Source of the DNA: a bacterium
GTDB lineage: Archaea; Thermoplasmatota; E2; JACPAO01; JAHFTW01
Direction of reading: 5' to 3'
Length of the DNA: 64,000 nt
Assembly: GCA_040390065.1 (NCBI GenBank)
Contig: JAZJZE010000001.1
Location: forward strand, 294,718 to 358,717
Shown piece after piece: positions 47,903-55,778 of this stretch; within the stretch, counting starts at the first letter, position 1, and every line of letters starts with the position of its first letter. Under the pieces are notes generated by a model that had not been told where the DNA came from, made no database searches, and saw nothing but the letters and a program-made list of their open reading frames with translations. The position numbers and the translations under genes are program-made.

Positions 47903-49837
47903 ATGCCACACTTCCCCGTGGGCCCCGCTTCCCGCTGCCCTTGCAGCTTCGGGCATGGACATGGTCCCGACAAACGTCAAGACCAGGGCCCGAATCGTCA
48001 CCCTGTGGCTGTCCGCCTGGTGGTTGCATCCCTCGTCCTCTCGGCGGCCGTCGCGGGCGCTGCCCTTCCGGCCCCATCACCCTCGTTTGCCGGGGGGTCG
48101 GCGTACTCGCTGCACATCGTCTGCCCGACGTCGAGTGCCCTGCAGTTCAGCTCCTACTCGCGACCGACCTGTCCCGTCCGCATGGTGGATACGTCCGAGA
48201 TGCTTGGCGACCCCGCCTTGGCCATCGACCCGATGGACGGCAACAACCTGGCCATGGCGATGATCCACGGTGCGGTCGACGGCGGCGGCCCCACGGTGCG
48301 CAGTCGCATCGGCCTGCCCTTTACGACGTTCACGTCCAACGACGCAGGTGCCACGTGGGACGACGCCTTTTACCAGTCGCCGCAGGACCTCGGCAACGCA
48401 TACGGCGAGCATTCCGCTGCGGCCGTCGACCCGTACGGTCACGTCTACGTCGGTTCCACGTACGCGGTGGGCGAAAGGGGCGGCCCGTTCCGCTACACGA
48501 TCGGCGCGCAGAAGTTCGACAGCGTCGAGCAGGTGCGGCAGAAGCAGACGGGTGCCGACGGCTCGTACAACCTCGTCTACGTCGACCCGGTGTTCAAGGG
48601 CGGGAAGATCCGCCAGACGTGGTTCCTGTTCAACGCGGCCACGGACAACATGACCATGGTGTGGTTCGAGGACCGGGGCAACGCGCCGTCCGGGTCGGCC
48701 ACGGTACCCGGCGACGCCCCGCAGGCGGATGCCGATTCCTTGGATGTCCTTCCCGGCTACGCAGCGCGTCGACTTGCGCCGCCGCCCCACTCGTCACCGC
48801 CAGCCAGCAGCGTGGCGCCGCGTGGAACGATCGGCATCGTGTGGACGGGCGTCGGTGACAACGACACGTATCGCCGCCAACCCGTCGAGTGGTCCATCGG
48901 GCCGTGCAGCGGTGCAACGAATCCGGTGCTCTTCGAAGGCTGGCTGTACGTCGGCTGCCAGGCCGACCCGAAGCAGGGGGCGTTCCCATGGCATCCGGAG
49001 ACCCAGCCGGGCACGGTGGAGCTGTTTCGCATGGACCCCGACGGCGGCAAGCCCGTCTACATGGGGGCCAGTCCCATCGTTGGCGGCGCGCCAAAGCTGG
49101 GCGTGCGTTCGGATGGCCGGCTTGCCCTGTTGTCGGCCGGCGTCTCCTCGGCCAACGGCTTGGACCTCACTGGCGTCTTCGGGCACTACTCCGACGGACG
49201 CATCGACTGGACTGGCGTGCACTCGTACTCGGACGGCGTCACTCCTCTGGCCCGCGATGAACGCATCCTGCGCGCCAACATCCAGGACGTCCTGTACCGC
49301 GAGTACTCGGGCGTCGTGCACCTCATCCTGCGCGAGACCATCGAACCGGTGGGCATCGACGCCGTGCAGAAATCCATCGGCCCCAAGATCCGCAAGTGCT
49401 TCGTCGCCTTGGACGAGGATGGCGTCCTGGCCGTGCACCGACTCGACATCGGCAACGTGCTCAACAAGACGGACCCGTTCCTGAACTCGCAGCCCGAGAT
49501 GGCCTACGAGGACTTGAGCGACGACATCGTGCAACTCCCCGCCGCGCCCTTCACGTACAACGGCAAGGACCTTGGCGACACGTACCAGCGGGAATTCTTC
49601 GCCGTCGGCGACTACGGCGAGGCCATCTTCGCGGAGGTCGTGGAAGTGACCGACCTGCGCTTCGTCCCGCCCGTCCCCGTCATCGCGGCCGCCCCTGGCA
49701 TCCCCGCAGCCGCCGCGTCCGGAACGAGCAGCGCGCTCGGAGCCGTCGTCGGCGTCACCACCGGGGCCCTGCTGTTGGCCATGATCGCGGCGGGCCGAAA
49801 AACGGCGGTCGGCAGCATGGCGAAGATGCGCAAGTGA
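47903..49837 (+). CDS. Secreted BNR/sialidase-like protein with C-terminal TM anchor
   Basis: DPALAIDP and Asp-box SNDAGATW; TM plus basic tail; start may be GTG 48005. Confidence 0.7.
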   Translation: MPHFPVGPASRCPCSFGHGHGPDKRQDQGPNRHPVAVRLVVASLVLSAAVAGAALPAPSPSFAGGSAYSLHIVCPTSSALQFSSYSRPTCPVRMVDTSEMLGDPALAIDPMDGNNLAMAMIHGAVDGGGPTVRSRIGLPFTTFTSNDAGATWDDAFYQSPQDLGNAYGEHSAAAVDPYGHVYVGSTYAVGERGGPFRYTIGAQKFDSVEQVRQKQTGADGSYNLVYVDPVFKGGKIRQTWFLFNAATDNMTMVWFEDRGNAPSGSATVPGDAPQADADSLDVLPGYAARRLAPPPHSSPPASSVAPRGTIGIVWTGVGDNDTYRRQPVEWSIGPCSGATNPVLFEGWLYVGCQADPKQGAFPWHPETQPGTVELFRMDPDGGKPVYMGASPIVGGAPKLGVRSDGRLALLSAGVSSANGLDLTGVFGHYSDGRIDWTGVHSYSDGVTPLARDERILRANIQDVLYREYSGVVHLILRETIEPVGIDAVQKSIGPKIRKCFVALDEDGVLAVHRLDIGNVLNKTDPFLNSQPEMAYEDLSDDIVQLPAAPFTYNGKDLGDTYQREFFAVGDYGEAIFAEVVEVTDLRFVPPVPVIAAAPGIPAAAASGTSSALGAVVGVTTGALLLAMIAAGRKTAVGSMAKMRK

Positions 49838-49995
49838 GGGGCGTCGGAAGCCGCCGTGGCCATGCGGCGGCTGACGGGCCGCGATGCAACGCAAAGACCA
49901 TGCCATCGAGACATGCAATCGGTGGGCGCCGCCGGACACGCCCCGTGGCGCGAACGGTGAAACAACGCAATCCAGCAACGCCGTCGTCCAGGCGG

Positions 49996-50577
49996 CTAGT
50001 ATCCAACAGCCCCGCCGCGGATCCTGGGCCGTGGTCCGACCGTGTCCTCGCGGGGCGGGCCGCGCCATGTTCGCCAATGGAGCGCCACGTCCGTCGGTGT
50101 GAAGGAAAGACTGACTGTCATGACGAGCGGCGTCTCTTGCGTCCGCTCCATCCAAGCGCGAATCCATTTGGCTTCTGCGACGTCCTGTTTCATGTGCATG
50201 AGGGCACGGCCCCGCCAAACCTTCCATTCGATGACGGCCAACGGAAAATGGGTTGGCGTCCAGCTCGTGCCGCCCGACTCCCATGCGGTGCCATACGGTT
50301 CGGGCCAGATGACCAGGTCCTTCGCGATGGCGGCTTTCCGCTTGCCGTTCGTGGCGACGCCGTTGGGGATGCTGACCTCGATTCCGATCTGGCCGACGTC
50401 CTGCAGCGGGCTCCCGGCATGACCAACCTTGGGCAACAGGTGGCGGAAAACGAAGCGATTGACGGCCTCGCGTTCCCGCCCAACCCATCCGTCGCCCGCG
50501 GCATCCGCCACGAATTCCTGGAGTGCCTCTATGATGACAGTCTGCAGGGTGCGGCAGGATTCGGGGTCGCCCGCCAT
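49996..50577 (-). CDS. Putative PD-(D/E)XK-fold nuclease
   Basis: RERE helix, GIEV, KDLVIW and PLAVIEWK motifs; upstream part of the long ORF lies in repeat DNA. Confidence 0.6.
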   Translation of the reverse strand: MAGDPESCRTLQTVIIEALQEFVADAAGDGWVGREREAVNRFVFRHLLPKVGHAGSPLQDVGQIGIEVSIPNGVATNGKRKAAIAKDLVIWPEPYGTAWESGGTSWTPTHFPLAVIEWKVWRGRALMHMKQDVAEAKWIRAWMERTQETPLVMTVSLSFTPTDVALHWRTWRGPPREDTVGPRPRIRGGAVGY

Positions 50578-50656
50578 GGGGGAATGCCCGGGCGTGCTGC
50601 CAGCCACGCTCGGCCAAAGGGGAGCTCCACCATGAGGTTGACGCAACCTCGCGAGC

Positions 50657-51015
50657 CCGCAGCGTTCCTCGCCGCTTCGCGGCATCGGCAAACCTGTCCT
50701 GGCACCTACGACGTGCTCGCTTCGCTCGCGGTCTCAGTGCACAGGACAGGATTTGGCGCTGCGGCCGCGCAGGCGCAGCCGCAGCGTTCCTCGCCGCTTC
50801 GCGGCATCGGCAAACCCTGCCCATGCACCTGTCTGTCGCCGGCGGGCGCTCGGCGCCGCCGATGCGACGCGACTTAGTGCACAGGACAGGATTTGGCGCT
50901 GCGGCCGCGCAGGCGCAGCCGCAGCGTTCCTCGCCGCTTCGCGGCATCGGCAAACCCTGCCCATGCACCTGTCTGTCGCCGGCGGGCGCTAGGCGCCGCC
51001 GATGCGACGCGACTT
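50657..51015 (-). repeat. Tandem 140-bp units at the tRNA-Leu 3' end (2 full, 1 diverged)
   Basis: 50736-50875 and 50876-51015 differ by 1 nt; each has agtgcacaggacaggatttg (tRNA 3' end), a degenerate inverted copy and a GCCGCTTCGCGGC hairpin. Confidence 0.92.
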
Positions 51016-51017
51016 AG

Positions 51018-51099
51018 TGCACAGGACAGGATTTGAACCTGCGAACCACAAAGGAGAAGGCCCTGAACCTTCCGTCGTTGGCCACTTGACTACCTGTGC
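51018..51099 (-). tRNA. tRNA-Leu (CAG)
   Basis: 82-nt type II cloverleaf: GCACAGG acceptor, GAAGG-TTCAGGG-CCTTC, variable arm, GCAGG-TTCAAAT-CCTGT; follows rpoD. Confidence 0.96.
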
Positions 51100-51176
51100 A
51101 TTTGGGGAAAAGGGCCAGCCCTTGCGGAGGGCTGCATCCGGCCGACTTCAGGTTGGCACTTGAGGGTTGCGCCCAG

Positions 51177-51295
51177 GCGAACCACAAAGGGGAAGGCCGT
51201 AGCCCTCGGGCCATCAGGTCCGAGGGCGCGACGTGGACGCCGCGAAGCGGCGGCCCGGCCAACCTTCCGTCGTTGGCCACTTGACTACCTGTGCA
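51177..51295 (-). pseudogene. Partial tRNA-Leu copy with the anticodon replaced by a 62-nt hairpin insert and no T arm
   Basis: 51261-51295 is identical to 51066-51100; 51177-51198 matches 51041-51062 at 21/22. Confidence 0.8.
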
Positions 51296-51334
51296 GACGG
51301 TTGGGAAGAGGGGAGAAGTGGATTCCCTTGAACC

Positions 51335-52129
51335 TTACATCTCGAGTTCGCCGATGGCGTCCGCGAAGCGCTTGAAGCGCTCGCCCAGGAGGTCGAGGGC
51401 CTTCATGAGGGCGTCCTCGGCCTTGAGCGACCCGTCCGTCTCGAAGCGGAAGATGAACTTGCGGTCGTCGTAGGTGATCTTGAGGCCGCCCTGCGTCAGC
51501 TTCTCGGCTTCGTCCGCGCGGTTGATCTCCTCGGGCTGCAGGATGACGAGCTTGCCGCCATCGAGTCCCAGGATCCCCGCAGGCGTGCGGGCGACGGCTT
51601 CCTTGGCCGCCTCGGGCTTGATCTTGCGATTGTCCAACGTCGCCGTCGGGTAGTACTTGTAGCCGACCGCGGAGCAGACTTGCCACTTTGCGTGCTGCGT
51701 GCCGTCGCCGAGGATGGCTTCGGCCTCGAGGATGAGGCGCTGGCCTTCCAGGAGGTCAACGAGCGGGACCTTCGCGTCCACGATGCTGAACTTCTTGTCC
51801 TCGGGCTCGAGGTCGCCGGAGTACACCGTGCACGGGCCCTCCTTGGTGAGGGTGTAGCGCACGAGGTACGTCGGCTTGCCTTCGGCGTCGACTTGGCCCT
51901 TCATGTTGAGCGTGGAGGGGTCGGTCGGCACCGGCAGCAGGCCGATGCGGTGGGCCAGGATCTCGTCGAAGAGCGCGGAGGTGTTGTCGTAGAACGTCAC
52001 CTTGTCGATGGCGAGCTTGGGCACTTCCGACAACAGGACGCGGCGCAGGGCATTGACGAAGTACGGGTGAACGCCGTCGATGACGAGCTTGCACTCGCGG
52101 TCCGTGACGTTGCGAATCTCGATCTTCAT
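51335..52129 (-). CDS. rpoD: RNA polymerase subunit D (Rpo3)
   Basis: NALRRVLLSEVPKLAID, NTSALFDEILAHRIGLLP, HAKWQ, FETDGSL. Confidence 0.97.
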   Translation of the reverse strand: MKIEIRNVTDRECKLVIDGVHPYFVNALRRVLLSEVPKLAIDKVTFYDNTSALFDEILAHRIGLLPVPTDPSTLNMKGQVDAEGKPTYLVRYTLTKEGPCTVYSGDLEPEDKKFSIVDAKVPLVDLLEGQRLILEAEAILGDGTQHAKWQVCSAVGYKYYPTATLDNRKIKPEAAKEAVARTPAGILGLDGGKLVILQPEEINRADEAEKLTQGGLKITYDDRKFIFRFETDGSLKAEDALMKALDLLGERFKRFADAIGELEM

Positions 52130-52138
52130 GTCAAGCAC

Positions 52139-52528
52139 CTACACGCGCCGGCCGCGGCGGCCACCCTTCTTGCGGCAGCCGTCGTGCGGGATGGGAGTGA
52201 CGTCCTCGATGCGGCCGACCATGATGCCGTTGCGTGCCAGGCCGCGGATGGCGGCTTGGGCGCCGGGGCCGGGGCTGCGGGCCTTGTTGCCGCCGTAGCC
52301 GCGCACGCGGATGTCGACCGTCGTGAAGCCTTTCTCCTTCAGGGCCTCGGCGATGCGCTGGGCGCACGCCATGGCTGCGAAGGGACCGCCCTTGTCCTTG
52401 TCGGACTTGACGGCCATGCCGCCCGAGGCCTTCGCCACCGTCTCGGCGCCCGTGGCGTCGGTGACGGTGATGAGCACGTTGTTGTAGCTCGCGAAGATGT
52501 GCGCGATGCCGCGCTTGTCGGCGCTCAT
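52139..52528 (-). CDS. rps11: 30S ribosomal protein S11
   Basis: [38 protein letters not shown]. Confidence 0.98.
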   Translation of the reverse strand: MSADKRGIAHIFASYNNVLITVTDATGAETVAKASGGMAVKSDKDKGGPFAAMACAQRIAEALKEKGFTTVDIRVRGYGGNKARSPGPGAQAAIRGLARNGIMVGRIEDVTPIPHDGCRKKGGRRGRRV

Positions 52529-53130
52529 GCACTACCTCCCGGACCGGTGGCGCCGGCCGGGGCCGGAGCCTCCGCCAGCGACGGCGCCGGCGTCTCGAAG
52601 CCCTGCGCCTTGGGGCGCACGGGGTGGTTCTCGTCGGCGATGGCGGCGGTGGGGTCGATCATGATCTGTTCCTCTTCGCCGCGGCGCACGACGTACGACG
52701 GCACCGTCACGCGGCGGTCGCCAATCTTGATGTTGCCGTGGCTCACGAACTGGCGCGCCTGCTTGGGCGTGCGGGCCAATCCCTTGAGGTAGACCTGCGT
52801 CTGGAGGCGGCGGTTGAGGACGCGCTCCAGATCCAGGCCCAGCACTTCGTTGAGCGTCGCGTTGTCGCCGAGGTAGCCGCTGCGCTGCAGGCGGGCGATG
52901 AGCAGGCGCGACTCAGTCACGGCCTGTTCGTCCGCCGGGTTGCGCGTGCGGGCGATGAGGGCACGGGCCTGGCCGCGCACGTCGCGCAGGATGGTCTGGG
53001 CCTTCCAGATCTCGGTCTTGTTCTTGAGACCGTACTTGGACTTGACTTCGTTCTCCGCTTTGATGCGTTCGCCTTGCCACGGGTGGCTCGGCGTGTCGTA
53101 GTGGCGGCGGTTGAATTTGGGCTGGCCCAT
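52525..53130 (-). CDS. rps4: 30S ribosomal protein S4
   Basis: MGQPK…PSHPW…[10 protein letters not shown]…RRLQT…QARQFVSHG…PSYVV. Confidence 0.98.
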   Translation of the reverse strand: MGQPKFNRRHYDTPSHPWQGERIKAENEVKSKYGLKNKTEIWKAQTILRDVRGQARALIARTRNPADEQAVTESRLLIARLQRSGYLGDNATLNEVLGLDLERVLNRRLQTQVYLKGLARTPKQARQFVSHGNIKIGDRRVTVPSYVVRRGEEEQIMIDPTAAIADENHPVRPKAQGFETPAPSLAEAPAPAGATGPGGSA

Positions 53131-53865
53131 CTACTTCTTGCCTCCTGCGGGTTTGGCGGGGGCGCCTGCAGCGGGCTTCGCCGGGGCTGCGGCCGCCTTG
53201 GCCTGGGCACCCTGTGCTGCGCTGGGGGCTGCGGCGGGCTTGGCGCCGCCGAGCGGCTTGGCCCCTCCGCCACCGGCGGCCTTCGGGGCCGCGGCTGCGG
53301 CCGGTGCGCCTTCGGCACCGGGTGCGGGCTGGCCCTCGATCTTGCGCTGCACACCGACAGCGGAGCCGAAGCGTCCGTTGTTCTTGGTGCGCTGGCCGCG
53401 CGTCGGGAGCTTCTTCTCGTGGCGGTGGCCGCGCCAGGAACGGATCTTCTTGAGGCGGTTGAGGTCCTCGCGGAGCATGATGGTGATCTCGGTGCCGATC
53501 ATGTGGCGGTCGTCGCCGGACTCGGGGTCCTTGCGGCGGTTGACCATCCACGCGGGCAGCATCTCGGTCAGGCCTTCGATGGCGGCGTTGACGGCGGCAA
53601 TCTCGGGGTCCTTGAGGTTCCCGATGCGCTCGTCGGGGTCGACGTTGGCTTCGCGGGCGACGACGTACGCCAGGCGCTTGCCGACGCCGGGGACGTAGGC
53701 GAGGGCGGTGGCGACGTTCTTCTTGCCGTCCAAGTCGGTGTTGACGAGGCGGACCAGGTGGCGGAAGTCGGGGCCGAACTCGATCTTCTTGGCGGGTTCG
53801 GATTTCTCCTTCGGCGGGCCTTTCGGGGTCTCCGCCTTCGTGTCGGGCTTGGTGTTCTCTGCCAT
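53131..53865 (-). CDS. rps13: 30S ribosomal protein S13 with low-complexity extensions
   Basis: TDLDG…GVGKR…PAWMVNRRKD…WRGHRH…LPTRGQRTK; GGGGGAG SD. Confidence 0.97.
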   Translation of the reverse strand: MAENTKPDTKAETPKGPPKEKSEPAKKIEFGPDFRHLVRLVNTDLDGKKNVATALAYVPGVGKRLAYVVAREANVDPDERIGNLKDPEIAAVNAAIEGLTEMLPAWMVNRRKDPESGDDRHMIGTEITIMLREDLNRLKKIRSWRGHRHEKKLPTRGQRTKNNGRFGSAVGVQRKIEGQPAPGAEGAPAAAAAPKAAGGGGAKPLGGAKPAAAPSAAQGAQAKAAAAPAKPAAGAPAKPAGGKK

Positions 53866-54010
53866 GGTGACTCCCCCCTCGCCTCGAAGGGCGCGAGGAT
53901 CGATGCCGATGCGAACCGTGGAACCGAAGTTCCAGCGGCGTGGCGTGGGCGAACCCACGTCCGCCCGGGTTGCCCCGGACGCTTCTGCAAGCTTCGCGAC
54001 AAAGGGGATG

Positions 54011-54017
54011 TATAAAA
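54011..54017 (-). promoter_or_regulatory. TATA box of the rps13 operon
   Basis: TTTTATA on the minus strand followed by CATCCCC, about 145 bp upstream of rps13. Confidence 0.6.
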
Positions 54018-54094
54018 GAATTGGGCTGGCCCCGGTGGTGCAAAAGGACTGATGGAAACGAAGGGAAGAGGGGGAGAGGGAGCGACCTGTCGGC

Positions 54095-54715
54095 TTACGC
54101 GACGATGTAGATGATGCAGACGTTGTGGTTGCCGATGAGGTAGTCGCTGGTGTTGTTGCAGGTGGCAAACGTGGCGCCCGCGGCGACGTACGCCGTGCCG
54201 ACGGCGGCGTTGCAGACGATGGAGCCCATGGTGGAGCCGTACGTCAGGGTGGCGCCGACGACGCCGGGGCCGTAGTTGGACGGGTCGGCGCAGGAGATGT
54301 AGACCGCCGACGTGGTCGTGCTGGCAGAGGCCGGCATCGAGATCCCCGTCTCCGTGACGTACACGATCTGGCGCAGCCAGTCGCCGATGGGCGAGACCGG
54401 CGGGTCGCAGGTGCAGGTCGTGGTGCAGCTGCTGCCGAACAGGTAGTTCATCGTCGCCGCGCAGGAGTCGAGGGCGGTGCTGACCGCGATGGCGAGCTCC
54501 TGGTCGCGCGCGTTGCAGAGGACCGCCGCTTCCTGGGAGACGTACAGCTCGGTGGCGCCAACGACGCCGCCGCTGCCGCCGACACTCGGGCAGCGCGTCA
54601 GGCACTGCACCGTGCCGCAGATCGTGACGCCGCCGTCGGCCGTCGCCGGGGCGGGGACGGCCAGGATGGCCGTGGCTGCAAGCAGGCTTGTCGCAAACAG
54701 GGTTCGGAGTTTCAT
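54095..54715 (-). CDS. Secreted Cys-rich hypothetical protein
   Basis: MKLRTLFATSLLAATAILAVPAPATA signal peptide; about 11 Cys. Confidence 0.7.
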   Translation of the reverse strand: MKLRTLFATSLLAATAILAVPAPATADGGVTICGTVQCLTRCPSVGGSGGVVGATELYVSQEAAVLCNARDQELAIAVSTALDSCAATMNYLFGSSCTTTCTCDPPVSPIGDWLRQIVYVTETGISMPASASTTTSAVYISCADPSNYGPGVVGATLTYGSTMGSIVCNAAVGTAYVAAGATFATCNNTSDYLIGNHNVCIIYIVA

Positions 54716-54768
54716 GCGGTTCACCAGTCCGGCCGTTCCGCCAGACGGTCCGGCATGCCCTGCGCCAC

Positions 54769-55698
54769 TTAAATCTTCAAGGTCGACAAAATCGGGGAGC
54801 CTGGTCGGGGCATTGCGCCGCGGCTCATGGCTTCAACACAACCCGTATCCGGGCACGGCTCCGGGTCGACGGCGACGACCTTGATGAGGAAGACGAGTGG
54901 TTGCCCGTACAGCGGATGGCCCGCGTGCGCCGCATCCGTGTACGCGTCCTCGGGCGCCAGCCGGACGACGCGCACGGTGTTTGTGGACAATCCCTTGAGG
55001 GCCTTGTTGAAGCCCCGGATGGTCGTGAAGTAGTCCCATGCCGTTCGGTTTCCAGTCGCCGGCCCGACCGGCGTGCCAGCCGTCGTTGCCGACCACTGTG
55101 CGCCGCGTTCGCCGCGTTCGCGGTCGTAGACGTAGACGGGCAGCGCGTCACCGCCATCCCACGAATAGATGGGCGATCGGGCCCACCTCGAGTCGTTCTG
55201 CACGGCCTCGATGTTGGTGTAGAACAGGGTGCCGTTCTCTAGGAAGCCGGCCGTGAGGACGCGCACGCCGACGCCGGGACGCGCGACGTCGCCGGGCGTC
55301 GGGGCCGCGACCGCCCAGCGCATGTGGCCGGATTGGCTGGCGCGGCACCCGTCCGCTTCGCCGCGCGTCGTCCAGGCCAGCGTGACGTTGGCGGTGGTCG
55401 CCGTCGCGGGCTGCACCCGCACGCGTACGAGCGACGGCGAGGCCGTGCCGTTTCCTAGCCGCTCGGCGTCCGCCCGCCAGGCGTCGGGATGGGCGGCGAC
55501 GGTCGCGTTCCAGTGCAGCCCCGGGGCGTCCTGCAGGACGAGCGTGTCCCATGGCTGGCGGCCGTCGGTCGCCATGAAGTCGGCGCCGACGTGCGGCGTC
55601 GCAAGCAGCGGCACCGCCATGGAACCGCACGCCGTATCCGCGACGCAGCCGGAAAACGGTATGACTGCCAAGGCCCAGAGGAGGCCCGCCCAACGCAT
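54769..55698 (-). CDS. FKBP-type PPIase lipoprotein
   Basis: FSGC lipobox; GFLENGTLFYT, IRGFNKAL, LAPEDAY, HPLYGQPLVFLIKVV. Confidence 0.8.
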   Translation of the reverse strand: MRWAGLLWALAVIPFSGCVADTACGSMAVPLLATPHVGADFMATDGRQPWDTLVLQDAPGLHWNATVAAHPDAWRADAERLGNGTASPSLVRVRVQPATATTANVTLAWTTRGEADGCRASQSGHMRWAVAAPTPGDVARPGVGVRVLTAGFLENGTLFYTNIEAVQNDSRWARSPIYSWDGGDALPVYVYDRERGERGAQWSATTAGTPVGPATGNRTAWDYFTTIRGFNKALKGLSTNTVRVVRLAPEDAYTDAAHAGHPLYGQPLVFLIKVVAVDPEPCPDTGCVEAMSRGAMPRPGSPILSTLKI

Positions 55699-55778
55699 GG
55701 CCGGCCACGCGGCGCGGCGCGACTTAAGCGTTCCCTGCGTGCATACTGTTCTTCAGGGGCTCGCGTCCTGCGCGACGC

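Noticed and set aside
31979-50656. A single large integrated element or provirus between nusA and tRNA-Leu
   Set aside because: No integrase, transposase, replication or virion genes, and no matching att pair spanning the interval
50640-51015. CRISPR array
   Set aside because: The 20-bp repeat is the tRNA 3' end, the intervening 120-bp segments are near-identical rather than unique spacers, and no cas genes are present
50734-51284. Short ORFs across the repeat array and tRNA-Leu (e.g. 50734-50964, 51014-51280)
   Set aside because: Translations of repeat and tRNA sequence with no protein features
51177-51295. Intron-containing or split tRNA gene
   Set aside because: The insert replaces the anticodon rather than following position 37, no T arm or acceptor 3' strand follows, no convincing BHB motif was seen, and an intact tRNA-Leu is adjacent
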